Positions 36,422 through 45,891 of a DNA stretch of 64,000 bases are shown here, one piece after another (position 1 is the first letter of the stretch; each line of letters begins with the position of its first letter). The notes beneath the pieces are model-generated. The model searched no databases, was not told the DNA's origin, and saw nothing but the letters and a program-made list of their open reading frames with translations. Origin of the DNA: an uncultured Planctomycetales bacterium (GTDB lineage Bacteria; Omnitrophota; Gorgyraeia; Gygaellales; Profunditerraquicolaceae). The stretch spans positions 17,249 to 81,248 of the forward strand of contig CAYHBB010000014.1 of the NCBI GenBank assembly GCA_964354795.1, written 5' to 3'. The translations under genes and the position numbers were made by a program.

Positions 36422-38341
36422 TTAACTTTTCCTTAGGTTCGCCAACACGATAATAGTGATATCGTCATGCTGCGGCGCGCCGGCTGCAAAACGGCCGAGC
36501 TCTTCCTTTGTCATTCCCAATATTCTATCAGAAGTAGCGTTTCCGTGCTCGAAAATTATTCTTTTTACGTTCTCAGATCCAAACTCCTGGGCCTGACGGT
36601 TGCGCGCCTCGGAAAGGCCATCTGTATAAACCATTACCTTGTCGTTGGGACTTAAATCAAATGAAGCGTCAACATATTCCGTTTCATCCATTACCCCCAA
36701 AGGCATCCCGGCACCCAGCTCAATCTCCAAAACTGCGTTGCCGCCCTTACGGTAAACCAGAACCGGAGAATGTCCGGCCGAGGAGACCTGCACCTTACCT
36801 GCCTGCGGGTCGATGATCATATAAAGACAGGTGACGAACCTTCCCTCGAACTTCCCGCATAATTCTTTATTCAGACGCTCCAGCACTTCATGCGCGAAAT
36901 CATACTGAATGGCGAATACTCGAAATAGCGAAATGCTCTGGGCCATGATCAATGACGCCGGCACACCTTTGCCCGAAACGTCTCCGATAAGCACCCCCAA
37001 CTTGTTATCTTTAAGCGACAGGATATCGTACAGGTCTCCGGCAACGAATTTCGCCGGCTGCATAAAACTGGACACGGATATTCCGGAAACCTCTTTTACA
37101 TCCTTAGGAAGGAAGCTCTTCTGAATAGCCCGCGCGATATCCAGCTCTTTCTCCAAAAGCTGGCGCTTCTTGGTTTCGTTAAAAAAGCGGTAAAAAGTCG
37201 AACCGATGTAGGTAAGCGCGGTGATAAAAAGTGGCAAGAACAGGTCTACCCAGAAGCCGAAAAACACAAAAACAGCGACTGCAAAAATAAAATAGGCGCT
37301 GCCTAAGATAATGCTTGAGCCAAAAGCTCTTAAGGGCGTGAAACGCAGGCAAATAAAGAGGCTTAATGCAAAAATCAACAGATTGATAAGCGTATTCAGC
37401 AATAATCCCGCAGGCGTGATAAACCTTCCGGTCAAAAAGCTGTTTAAAACGCTTGCCTGCAGCCCAATCATGGGATAGAGATTCTCCAGCGGGGTGGGCC
37501 GGATATCGAAAGTGCCTGTAGCGGTAAGGCCGATAAAACAAACTTTATCTTTAAGGATAGATAAATCAAGCTGCGGCTTGATACCCTGCTTCTCGTCAGT
37601 ATAAGCCTTAAGAATCCCAATATACGAAAGATGCTTAAAAGATTCTCTCCATGTGCCGGGATAATTGACCATAAAGGAGCCATCCGGCAACGCCGGAAGG
37701 GAATAATTTCCGCCGATAATGATCCTGCCTCTTTTATAGACCGCGCTATTCAAGTCAAGGCCCAGCCGATCCCCGGCCACCTTAAGCGCAAGCTGCGGAT
37801 AAAGCCTGTCTTCGCATTTTATGAAAAGCGGTATCTTGCGAGCCTTGCCGTCGGGATCGACATCCGCGTTAATATAACCCACTCCCGCGCAGGATCCCTT
37901 AAAGATATCGCGCAAGTCCGCGATGACCGCGCTACTCTTTAAAGGAAAACTTCTGCCTTGCGGATTTTCAAGCGCCACCGCCATGTACACATTCCCGGCA
38001 TCTTTAATGGATTTTACAAGAGCATCGTCATAAACGGCAGGCTCGCTGAAAAGCAGGTCAAGAACAATCATTTTCACGCCTTTTTCTTTTAAAACGTCAA
38101 TAAGGCTGGCGTGAAAATCGCGCGATATCGGCCACTCCCCTAAGCTCTTAAGAGTATCGTCAGAGATCTCGACAATTACGATATCGGGGCTGGCCTTAAA
38201 AGCCGGCCTAAGCTTTAGGCGCAGGTCATAAGATATGGACTCGTAATTGTCAAAGACCCTGACCCATGAAAAAAAGAAAATCATCAGCACTGAAGCGCTG
38301 ATGACCCAGATCTTTAAAGGAATGTTTTCTAGGAATTTCAT
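36422..38341 (-). CDS. CHASE2-domain membrane sensor fused to a PP2C-type (SpoIIE/RsbU-like) serine phosphatase
   Basis: 639 aa. N-terminal TM plus periplasmic CHASE2-like domain (DIVIVEISDDTLKSLGEWPISRDFHASLIDVLKEKGVKMIVLDLLFSEP), a 4-TM region, and a C-terminal PP2C domain (GDVSGKGVPASLIMAQ...VYTDGLSEARN...). Confidence 0.8.
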   Translation of the reverse strand: MKFLENIPLKIWVISASVLMIFFFSWVRVFDNYESISYDLRLKLRPAFKASPDIVIVEISDDTLKSLGEWPISRDFHASLIDVLKEKGVKMIVLDLLFSEPAVYDDALVKSIKDAGNVYMAVALENPQGRSFPLKSSAVIADLRDIFKGSCAGVGYINADVDPDGKARKIPLFIKCEDRLYPQLALKVAGDRLGLDLNSAVYKRGRIIIGGNYSLPALPDGSFMVNYPGTWRESFKHLSYIGILKAYTDEKQGIKPQLDLSILKDKVCFIGLTATGTFDIRPTPLENLYPMIGLQASVLNSFLTGRFITPAGLLLNTLINLLIFALSLFICLRFTPLRAFGSSIILGSAYFIFAVAVFVFFGFWVDLFLPLFITALTYIGSTFYRFFNETKKRQLLEKELDIARAIQKSFLPKDVKEVSGISVSSFMQPAKFVAGDLYDILSLKDNKLGVLIGDVSGKGVPASLIMAQSISLFRVFAIQYDFAHEVLERLNKELCGKFEGRFVTCLYMIIDPQAGKVQVSSAGHSPVLVYRKGGNAVLEIELGAGMPLGVMDETEYVDASFDLSPNDKVMVYTDGLSEARNRQAQEFGSENVKRIIFEHGNATSDRILGMTKEELGRFAAGAPQHDDITIIVLANLRKS

Positions 38342-38344
38342 CGG

Positions 38345-39358
38345 TTAGAAAATATACTGCCAACCGCAGTTGACCATACTTTCTGAATACAGCTCGAAAA
38401 GATCATTAGAGGCGTTTTGCCGGTAGGTGTAATAGACAGTCAGAAGATTATGCTTATTCAACTTCTGAGTAATACCAATATTACCCGAGTATAAACCGTC
38501 AACTTCCTTATAATCACCGTTGGTGATCAGGCGGGTAGTATAGAGCTTTCTCATATAGGAGAAGTCAGTGAAGAATAAAGTATTTTTGAGTAGCTTATAT
38601 TCCGCGCGCGCGGTCTGGGTATAGGATTTATAATCATAAAAATCCTGATACTTGGCATTTGAGTTATTGATAGCGAAACTGGATCTTGAGGAAAGCTTTA
38701 ATTTCTTGGTCAGTTGGCTTGAGATCTTATACTCTACGTCAAACCTGCGGTCAGCGCGGGTCTTATCCTGAAGGCTGCCGAGAGTATCCCCCATGGCCAA
38801 ACCATCAGTAAAATCCTTGTATCCGTAATAAAACTGCAGGCGATGATAGGTACGCTTGCTTATGTCCTGCGTCAGGAAGATGTAGCCTTTATGGAAGAGA
38901 AATGTGCTGTCTTCGTTTTTCGGGTAATAGAAAATACCCAGGTCGTAGCCGGTGCCGAGAGTGAATTTACCAAACTTCTTGGTTGGCCCAAGGCGGAAAT
39001 GATTCAGAATATTGGAGGCGTCGGTAATACGGTTGTAATTGAGGGCGTCCAGGTCGTAATCAAAAGTAAACTTAAAGCCGTCGCCCATCGGCTTGGCAAC
39101 GCTTAAGGAAAACATCATCTCCTCAAAGGTATCGCCTTTTCTATTGCTGGTGAGCTTGACGTTGCTGTCATAGCCGCCGAATGTAGCGGCAGTAGCGTAG
39201 ATTTTAAAGCCAGGCTGTGGCTTATACAGTTTTTTTGATTCTAAGAGGGTTTTTTCCTCTACTGCATCCTTTAGCTGAGACTGGGCAAAGGCGCTGCCAG
39301 CAAAAAGAAAAGAAATTATCAGAAAAAAGCTTAAAGATTTAATGATATTCTCGCGCAA
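38345..39358 (-). CDS. Putative outer-membrane beta-barrel protein
   Basis: 337 aa. Signal peptide, alternating-hydrophobic beta-strand pattern, aromatic C-terminus ...GWQYIF typical of OMPs. Confidence 0.45.
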   Translation of the reverse strand: MRENIIKSLSFFLIISFLFAGSAFAQSQLKDAVEEKTLLESKKLYKPQPGFKIYATAATFGGYDSNVKLTSNRKGDTFEEMMFSLSVAKPMGDGFKFTFDYDLDALNYNRITDASNILNHFRLGPTKKFGKFTLGTGYDLGIFYYPKNEDSTFLFHKGYIFLTQDISKRTYHRLQFYYGYKDFTDGLAMGDTLGSLQDKTRADRRFDVEYKISSQLTKKLKLSSRSSFAINNSNAKYQDFYDYKSYTQTARAEYKLLKNTLFFTDFSYMRKLYTTRLITNGDYKEVDGLYSGNIGITQKLNKHNLLTVYYTYRQNASNDLFELYSESMVNCGWQYIF

Positions 39359-39370
39359 CTTTAATCCTCC

Positions 39371-40189
39371 TTATGGTAATTTGGTGACAGAATAACCTTC
39401 AGTCTCCGTGCCGCCGACTGACTCTTGGGTGGTTTCCTCTCTGGTTTCCTGATTTTCCTCACGCTGCTCCTGAGCGATCTCTTCGCGATAATTCTCTCTT
39501 CCCTCATCGCGCAGATCCTGCAAAGCCCCGCGCTCGCCGGCACCATCCCCTTGATCCACTACATCCCCTCCGAGATCTCCGACATTATTCGTAAAATCAT
39601 TCCACTCGGCGCGAGCATCATCGCCAAGCTCAAAAGTATCACCAAGTCTTCCTCCGGCACCTACCTCCAGGCCAAACCCGCTGTCCAGGTCCTCTTCATC
39701 GGTAATATTTCCGTTAGCATCCAGGCCCTGCACATACACCGTATCCTCAAAACAAGAAACCGAAGAATCTCCGTTATTATTGCCCGTCTCCCATCCCGTG
39801 GCCCGCGCTCCGGCAACCGCTGTCGGAGTCTTGATCTGGAACTTCTCCACCTGTTTTAAGTTTTTGATAAGAGTAAAAACTCTGCCCTGCGCAAGATTTA
39901 CTATTCCCGGCTTAAGGCTATCAATACGTATCTGAGAATTTTCCTTCACCGTCACGATATTTTTAAGATCCTCGTCAAATGCCAGAGTACATTCCGCGCC
40001 AGCTTTAGTCTGGACTTGCGCAGCCTTATCCAGGGTGAGATTCTTTTTGGCGTCCTGCCAGTCGCTAACAGCGTTCTTCTTCACCATGACTTCACCCTTA
40101 AAGTCAATGATCTTAGCTGTCTGAGCAAAGACACATACTGGAAAAAGTAATAATAAAGCTAAAATTAAAATTAGAAAATATTTCTTCAT
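39371..40189 (-). CDS. Secreted FecR-domain-like protein with an acidic Asp/Glu/Gly-rich low-complexity C-terminal tail
   Basis: 272 aa. Signal peptide. IIDFKGEVMVKKNAVSDWQDAKKNLTLDKAAQVQTKAGAECTLAFDEDLKNIVTVKENSQIRI resembles the FecR/LipL45 beta-sandwich. C-terminal ~100 aa are D/E/G-rich. Confidence 0.4.
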   Translation of the reverse strand: MKKYFLILILALLLLFPVCVFAQTAKIIDFKGEVMVKKNAVSDWQDAKKNLTLDKAAQVQTKAGAECTLAFDEDLKNIVTVKENSQIRIDSLKPGIVNLAQGRVFTLIKNLKQVEKFQIKTPTAVAGARATGWETGNNNGDSSVSCFEDTVYVQGLDANGNITDEEDLDSGFGLEVGAGGRLGDTFELGDDARAEWNDFTNNVGDLGGDVVDQGDGAGERGALQDLRDEGRENYREEIAQEQREENQETREETTQESVGGTETEGYSVTKLP

Positions 40190-40234
40190 CGTAGACCTCC
40201 CTAATTACTCCGCGAAGGCGGAGGAATCAACCTA

Positions 40235-40879
40235 TTATTTCTTCGCCGGCGGCTTTTCCTTGGTCTTGATCAGGACCTTCCATGGATGCCGCTTTATATC
40301 GTCACTGAATTCTTCGAAATTCTTTGAGGTGGCCTCAAGATTCTTAACTATCTGAGACACGCTGCCCTTATTATCCTCAACAGTGCTATTTAAGTTGATC
40401 ACCAGTTTATTCACCTGAGTCGAGATATCCCTGGTCATGATCTGAGCCTGCTCCAAAAGCGCGTCAATATCCATGTAAGGCTTGCCCTTCAATGTCGCGC
40501 CGGGCTTTAAAAATTCCTTATTGCCAACAGAGGATATCTGGATGAATTTCTCACCCATTAAGCCAAGAGTCTTAATGGAAGCTATCCCGTCCTCACGCAC
40601 CTTAGCTTTATCATCCAACCACAGCTTAAGGGTGATAGCGGTGCCGGCGTCGTCATAAAGGATATCAATGTCGTCGACTTTGCCCACTTCAAGACCGTTA
40701 AGCATCACCGGAGCCTTTTCCTCAAGTCCGGCGATATCATTAAATACAACATAGATATTATAGCCGCCTTTTTTCATGTTGGACTTATTGCTTGAAAATA
40801 TCAGATACCCAAGGCCAAGCAGGCACAATACCACAAACAACCCCACTTTAAACTCATTATTGAAATTCATCTTTTTCAT
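40235..40879 (-). CDS. mlaD: MCE-domain protein MlaD
   Basis: 214 aa. N-terminal TM, MCE domain (YNIYVVFNDIAGLEEKAPVMLNGLEVGKVDDI). Confidence 0.8.
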   Translation of the reverse strand: MKKMNFNNEFKVGLFVVLCLLGLGYLIFSSNKSNMKKGGYNIYVVFNDIAGLEEKAPVMLNGLEVGKVDDIDILYDDAGTAITLKLWLDDKAKVREDGIASIKTLGLMGEKFIQISSVGNKEFLKPGATLKGKPYMDIDALLEQAQIMTRDISTQVNKLVINLNSTVEDNKGSVSQIVKNLEATSKNFEEFSDDIKRHPWKVLIKTKEKPPAKK

Positions 40880-40924
40880 ATTGATCCTTTCTCAATTCCT
40901 CGCTTTTCCAATCCGGGGCAAATA

Positions 40925-41734
40925 TTATAGCCCAAGGGCCTGAATAATGCCTATATCTTCTTTAAAGAAATCTATCGGGCCTTCCGGCTTGCCGTTGATG
41001 AACTGCTGAATGTAAAGATTCTTAGAATTACGGATCTCATCCGGTGTGCCCACCTCGACGATCTTGCCCTTATGCACCATGGCGATCCTGTCGCTAATGG
41101 CGAATACGCTTTGCATATCGTGAGTCACCACCACAGAAGTGATGCAAAGCTTGACGCTCAAGTCTTTGATCAGATGGTCGATCACGCCGCCTACTACCGG
41201 ATCAAGCCCCGAAGTCGGCTCATCGTAAAATACTATATCAGGGTCCAATGCAATGGCACGCGCCAGGCCGACACGCTTTCTCATACCGCCTGATATCTGT
41301 GAAGGAAAATACTTCTCGTATCCGCGTAAACCCACCAGAGAAAGCTTCATCTTAATAATGATATCGATGATCTCATCGGCTAATTTAGTGTGCTCTTTGA
41401 TGGGAAGGGCAACGTTATCTTCTACGGAAAGCGAATCCAGAAGCGCTGAATACTGGAAGGTCATGCCAAAACCTTTCTTTACCTCATCCAGCTGGGCCTC
41501 GGAAATGCTTGCGATATCCTTGCCCTTGATCAGGACGCTGCCCTCTTCCGGACGCAAAGCGCCGGTCATCAGGCGTAGCAGCGTGCTCTTGCCCGAGCCG
41601 GAACAGCCCATAATGACAAATGTCTCTCCGGAATAAATATCCAGGTTGACGTTATCAATGATCTTATTCCCCTGGAAGGACTTGGAAACGTTGCGCAAAG
41701 ATATAATAGGATCGATTTTAATGGCTTCGCTCAT
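40925..41734 (-). CDS. mlaF: ABC transporter ATP-binding protein MlaF. The ORF extends to 41770, but the likely start is at 41734 (ATGA coupling with mlaE).
   Basis: Walker A GCSGSGKST, signature ISGGMRKRVGLARA, Walker B IVFYDEPTSGLD. Confidence 0.9.
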   Translation of the reverse strand: MSEAIKIDPIISLRNVSKSFQGNKIIDNVNLDIYSGETFVIMGCSGSGKSTLLRLMTGALRPEEGSVLIKGKDIASISEAQLDEVKKGFGMTFQYSALLDSLSVEDNVALPIKEHTKLADEIIDIIIKMKLSLVGLRGYEKYFPSQISGGMRKRVGLARAIALDPDIVFYDEPTSGLDPVVGGVIDHLIKDLSVKLCITSVVVTHDMQSVFAISDRIAMVHKGKIVEVGTPDEIRNSKNLYIQQFINGKPEGPIDFFKEDIGIIQALGL

Positions 41735-42522
41735 ACTTTTGAGAAATAGAAAAACGCGGTTAAAATACAATCGGCCAGGATTATCAGGATAAAACTGATG
41801 ACCACGCTTCGGGTGGTCGCCCTTCCCACGCCCTCTGCTCCGCCGCGGGTATTGAGGCCCTCGAAACAGCCGATAAGCGCGATGATCACCGCGAACACCC
41901 CTGACTTGATCAAACCCGTATAGATATCTTTACACTTAAGATATTTGAATGTGGTCTGGAAATACAGATCGGTATTGATATGCAGGGTGCCGTTTCCGAC
42001 TATGTATCCTCCGATGATGCCTGCGATATCTCCGAGAATTGTTAGACACGGCAACATCAGCAATAAAGCAAGGAACCTGGGGACAGCCAGGAACCTCACC
42101 GGGTTGATGGCCATGGTGTCGAGTGCTTCGATCTGCTCGCTGACTTTCATGGTGCCCAGCTCCGCGGCGATCGCCGAGCCCACGCGGCCGGCCACCACCA
42201 ACGCGGTCAAGACCGGGCTGAGCTCACGGCACAAGGCGATGGCAACAAGCGCTGCCACGTAAATGCCCGCGCCCATCTTCTCAAATTGATACGCGGTCTG
42301 CATGGCGATAACGATACCGGTGAATATATCTACAAAGAAAACGATGATGATGGAGCGCACGCCCACAAAACTCATCTGGTAGAAGATTGCCTCACGGTGC
42401 GCGGCCTTTCCCTTAAACGGGCCGATAAAGGTCCAGTAAAGGATGTCCATGAAAAGGATGATCACGCCCTTTACCCACTTCATATAATCTATGACGAATT
42501 TTCCCAGCGAGTTGATCATCAA
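41731..42522 (-). CDS. mlaE: ABC transporter permease MlaE
   Basis: 263 aa, 5-6 TM helices, MlaE/Ttg2B family features (QTAYQFEKMGAGIYVAALVAIALCRELSPVLTALVVAGRVGSAIAAELGTMKVSEQIEAL). Confidence 0.9.
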   Translation of the reverse strand: MMINSLGKFVIDYMKWVKGVIILFMDILYWTFIGPFKGKAAHREAIFYQMSFVGVRSIIIVFFVDIFTGIVIAMQTAYQFEKMGAGIYVAALVAIALCRELSPVLTALVVAGRVGSAIAAELGTMKVSEQIEALDTMAINPVRFLAVPRFLALLLMLPCLTILGDIAGIIGGYIVGNGTLHINTDLYFQTTFKYLKCKDIYTGLIKSGVFAVIIALIGCFEGLNTRGGAEGVGRATTRSVVISFILIILADCILTAFFYFSKV

Positions 42523-42851
42523 AAATCCTTTAACGCGTTCTCCTGCGTATCGAATATCTCAAATAGCTTGTGCAACTTAGTGATCTCAAATACGTTCTTG
42601 ATTTTCTGCTCCATGCTGCAAAAACGCAAGCGCCCGCCGATCTTTTTCAGGCGCTGAAACATCTCTATCAGCGTAGCCAGGCCGGAGCTGTCGATATAGG
42701 TGACTCCTGAAAAGTTCACCGCCAGTTTCTTCTCGTTCTTAGCAATGATCCCATCAAAAGCTTTACGCAACTCAGGAGAATTATTTATATTGACCTCGCC
42801 TTCCAGAAAACAGACTACCGCGCCACCGATCCGCTCTTCTCTGATCTTCAC
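42519..42851 (-). CDS. STAS-domain anti-sigma-factor antagonist (SpoIIAA/RsbV-like; possible MlaB-equivalent)
   Basis: 110 aa. LAVNFSGVTYIDSSGLATLIEMFQRL with the DSSGL phosphorylatable-Ser motif. 4-nt overlaps with both neighbours. Confidence 0.85.
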   Translation of the reverse strand: MKIREERIGGAVVCFLEGEVNINNSPELRKAFDGIIAKNEKKLAVNFSGVTYIDSSGLATLIEMFQRLKKIGGRLRFCSMEQKIKNVFEITKLHKLFEIFDTQENALKDF

Positions 42852-43261
42852 TTTTTACCCCCGTTTTTTAGGAATTTAACCATCTTTATGGTGCGGCCAC
42901 AATCGGAATGTTCAACTTTATCCATCAGCGTTTTGATCAAAAATACCCCCCGGCCATGATTCTTCTCCAAGTTGCTCTTCTCGGTAGGGTTAGGTATCTT
43001 GGTATAATCATATCCCTGGCCCCGGTCCCTTACCTGGATGATCAAACTGTCGCCGGTTATCTCAGCCTCTACCTCTATATGGTGCTCCAGGCTGAATTTA
43101 TTGCCGTGCTTGATGGCGTTAATCAGCGCTTCGTCAAGGCACAGTTTAATGTCAAACAGCTCTTCCTTTGAAAGCCCGGATTTTTCTAATTTTTCTATTA
43201 CCTCCAGGACAAACTGTGGGATCATCTCCAGGCGGGAAGGCAATTTTTCAAAAATATGCAT
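42848..43261 (-). CDS. Anti-sigma regulatory factor-type Ser/Thr kinase (RsbW/SpoIIAB-like HATPase_c)
   Basis: 137 aa. N-box LDEALINAIKHG, G1 RDRGQGYD, G2 HGRGVFLIKTLMD. Confidence 0.8.
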   Translation of the reverse strand: MHIFEKLPSRLEMIPQFVLEVIEKLEKSGLSKEELFDIKLCLDEALINAIKHGNKFSLEHHIEVEAEITGDSLIIQVRDRGQGYDYTKIPNPTEKSNLEKNHGRGVFLIKTLMDKVEHSDCGRTIKMVKFLKNGGKK

Positions 43262-43267
43262 TATGTT

Positions 43268-43471
43268 TTATTTCTTATCAGTCAACTTCTCAGCGATGAT
43301 AGCCAACAGATATAGCGCTATGCCGCAAAATAAACCCTTGGCCAGAAAATACCAGGGGATAGGCTCATTCTCAAACTTACCCTCAAACACTCCATTTCCT
43401 AAAAGAAATGAATAAACACAGATAAGAAAAATAATAATCGAAGCGAAAGAAGCAATTTTTGTGATTTTCAT
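43268..43471 (-). CDS. Small two-TM membrane protein
   Basis: 67 aa, two hydrophobic helices; no recognisable family. Confidence 0.3.
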   Translation of the reverse strand: MKITKIASFASIIIFLICVYSFLLGNGVFEGKFENEPIPWYFLAKGLFCGIALYLLAIIAEKLTDKK

Positions 43472-43546
43472 TTTTACCTCCCTTTAATTTTTGGTTGGTA
43501 TATTATACCACAAATTCATACAGAGAAATATATTTTCGACCCCAAT

Positions 43547-44506
43547 CTATTGCTTACTCCAAATCCTCGTATTAAGATTAAGGTCATCGACTACCCCGAG
43601 AGCCAGCTCTAGGTCATTGAAATATTCCTGGGCAGGACGGATATCCAAAAGCGTCTTAAAAACGCGCGGCTCAAACAAGTTCTTAGGATACGATATGGCT
43701 ACGTAAATCCTTGAACCCACAAAAGACAAGTATATCTGCTTGCCGCTTTTGTTCTTAAAATCCACGATCCTTTTCATCAGGCTGGTAGAGAGGATATACC
43801 GCGCCTCTACCTGATTATCGCCGTAAACCGCGAACAGCTTCTCGAACTCCGGGTCCTCCAGCTGTATCAACTGCCCGCGCATCAGGTTCCAGGATTGCAG
43901 CATCTTTCCGAAATTGCCGAATAGCCGTTCTGCGGTATCAGGCAGGACCACGGTTTTCCCGTCAAAATTCTTATTGAAATCCGCGATCACGAACAACCCC
44001 TTAAATATGGTATTCCAATGGGTCTGCCTGTGGCCGTCTTTGTCTGTGGTCTCGGTTTTATATTCGGCGTGAAGTTCTGAAAACGCGACTTGAGTCTTGC
44101 CCACGATGCCGGATATAAAATCATCCCCGCTGTAGCGATCAGGATGCATCTTGAATATTTCACTGCTCATGAAAATATCCATCGGGATAAAGCCGTCGCT
44201 TCGATAATTAAGGTTGGGGTCGATAAAAACCACTATAGAACGGATGACTTTATCCTTAAACTCCTGGACGTAATCTTTGGTGCAGCCGAATCGGACGATT
44301 AAAAAAACGATCAGTGCGGCAATTGGAAAGATTAACAGCGCGGCGGGGCCGATAAATATGGAAAGAAAACTTAATACCGCAAGAGTGACCAGCAAAGACA
44401 TCCAGACATTGAAAACTATCAGCTTTCTTTTCTGCTCAAGCTCGGCAAGCGGGCCCTGAAGGGAAGCCTCAAAGAATTTATGGAATTCTTCGGCTGACTT
44501 CATCAT
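43547..44506 (-). CDS. Membrane-anchored protein of unknown function (DUF3137-like, LemA-associated)
   Basis: 319 aa. Two TM helices after an N-terminal helix. Gene immediately follows lemA (shared coordinate 44506). Confidence 0.4.
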   Translation of the reverse strand: MMKSAEEFHKFFEASLQGPLAELEQKRKLIVFNVWMSLLVTLAVLSFLSIFIGPAALLIFPIAALIVFLIVRFGCTKDYVQEFKDKVIRSIVVFIDPNLNYRSDGFIPMDIFMSSEIFKMHPDRYSGDDFISGIVGKTQVAFSELHAEYKTETTDKDGHRQTHWNTIFKGLFVIADFNKNFDGKTVVLPDTAERLFGNFGKMLQSWNLMRGQLIQLEDPEFEKLFAVYGDNQVEARYILSTSLMKRIVDFKNKSGKQIYLSFVGSRIYVAISYPKNLFEPRVFKTLLDIRPAQEYFNDLELALGVVDDLNLNTRIWSKQ

Positions 44507-45069
44507 TATTTCTTAAACAGCTCTCCCACGTTTACATTTTTGCGCTCTTCCTCGGGCACCTCAAAGACTTTTTTCTGGGCAAGCCCCATGGAAGAAGCGA
44601 TCATGTTGGTGGGAAACATCTCGACAGCGTTATTATAATCAGTGACCGAGGCGTTATAGGCGCGCCGGGCAGCGGAGATCTGCTCTTCAATTTCATTGAG
44701 TGCAGCCTGCAATTGCAAAAAGTTTTGGCTGGCCTTAAGGTCAGGGTAGTTCTCAAAAGCGATCTTTATTCCACCTAAAAGCTTGGTCATCTGGTTCTCC
44801 AAGCCAACCTTTTCGTCATCAGAAAGCTTTCCGGAAATAGCCTTAGTACGCAGCTCGGTGATCTGAGTAAGCGTGCCTGATTCATATTTCATGTAGGTTT
44901 GGCAGGCTGAAATCAGGTTAGGGATCAGATCAAAACGCTTTTTCAAAAGAGCATCGATAGTCGCGAATACATTAGTGACCTGATTCTTCTTTGAGATCAT
45001 GGTGTTGTAGAGCGCCAGGTACATAAGCACCAGCACAACCACTAGAATTCCTATGCCGATTAATATCAT
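44506..45069 (-). CDS. lemA: LemA family protein
   Basis: 187 aa. N-terminal TM ILIGIGILVVVLVLMYLALYN. LemA-type motifs NQVTNVFATIDALLKKRFDLIPNL...RRAYNASVTDYNNAVEMFP. Confidence 0.85.
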   Translation of the reverse strand: MILIGIGILVVVLVLMYLALYNTMISKKNQVTNVFATIDALLKKRFDLIPNLISACQTYMKYESGTLTQITELRTKAISGKLSDDEKVGLENQMTKLLGGIKIAFENYPDLKASQNFLQLQAALNEIEEQISAARRAYNASVTDYNNAVEMFPTNMIASSMGLAQKKVFEVPEEERKNVNVGELFKK

Positions 45070-45111
45070 CTGCTGCCTCCTTGTTTTACTGCGTTACGGT
45101 GATCGTGGCCC

Positions 45112-45888
45112 TTAATGCACTTTCATGAAGTACTCTTTATGGTCGTTGTTTTCCAGGCGCTTGGTGCGGGCAGTAATGCCCATGAGAACAGGGCTGGAAT
45201 CGCTATAACGGCGCCAGATCTCAAGCTTGGCGTCCCAGAGAGCCTTGCCCATCTTCTCAGAGAACACATCCAGCTCGATTATATCCGTAGGCGGATACTT
45301 GCGGTATTCGCGGACTTTCATCTGCAGCTCCTGGTCAATATTGATCACGTAATAAAACTTTGGCTTGTAGCTCAAAGAGTAATACGCCTCGCCCACCAGC
45401 TTTGAGACCATCTTGTGGTTGTGGTTACCATCATAACCGGCAGGAGAAAATGTGACGATAATATCCGGTTTTTTGTCCTCTATGGTCTCGATAAGCTTAG
45501 GCCTAATGGCCATAAGCATTTTCGGGGTAATAGAGGTGAAGTTGTTATCCAGAAAGATGTAATCGCGCAGATACGTCTTGGTCAGCCAGCGGATAGCCTG
45601 AAGCCTTGAGGGAACGTCGATATTCTCCGCCCTGACATTTGCCACCGAACCCAGACAGCACACATAACAGAAGGTGCTCTTATCCCCCGCGACCAAAACA
45701 AGGGCCCCGGCAACCCAGGCCTCGTCATCCGGATGAGGAAAGATGAACATCACGGTCTTGCCGCTATCTATATCTTTCTGCAATTCTCCGGTGTTCCTGA
45801 ATGTCAACGGCGCCTGTCTAGCAAATGCGCTAGTCATAAATAAACCACTCACTAAGACGCCGATCAACAACAATCTAATTTTATTCAT
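45112..45888 (-). CDS. PIG-L/LmbE family N-acetylglucosaminyl deacetylase (secreted)
   Basis: 258 aa. Signal peptide. MFIFPHPDDEAW zinc-binding motif. ...DGNHNHKMVS second His motif. Confidence 0.75.
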   Translation of the reverse strand: MNKIRLLLIGVLVSGLFMTSAFARQAPLTFRNTGELQKDIDSGKTVMFIFPHPDDEAWVAGALVLVAGDKSTFCYVCCLGSVANVRAENIDVPSRLQAIRWLTKTYLRDYIFLDNNFTSITPKMLMAIRPKLIETIEDKKPDIIVTFSPAGYDGNHNHKMVSKLVGEAYYSLSYKPKFYYVINIDQELQMKVREYRKYPPTDIIELDVFSEKMGKALWDAKLEIWRRYSDSSPVLMGITARTKRLENNDHKEYFMKVH

Positions 45889-45891
45889 GTT

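Noticed and set aside
42519-42851. Interpreting the STAS protein simply as MlaB with no regulatory role
   Set aside because: It is immediately preceded, with a 4-nt overlap, by a bona fide HATPase_c anti-sigma-type kinase. The operon also encodes a PP2C phosphatase. It retains the DSSGL phospho-Ser motif. The partner-switching interpretation is therefore kept, with MlaB-equivalence as part of the hypothesis.
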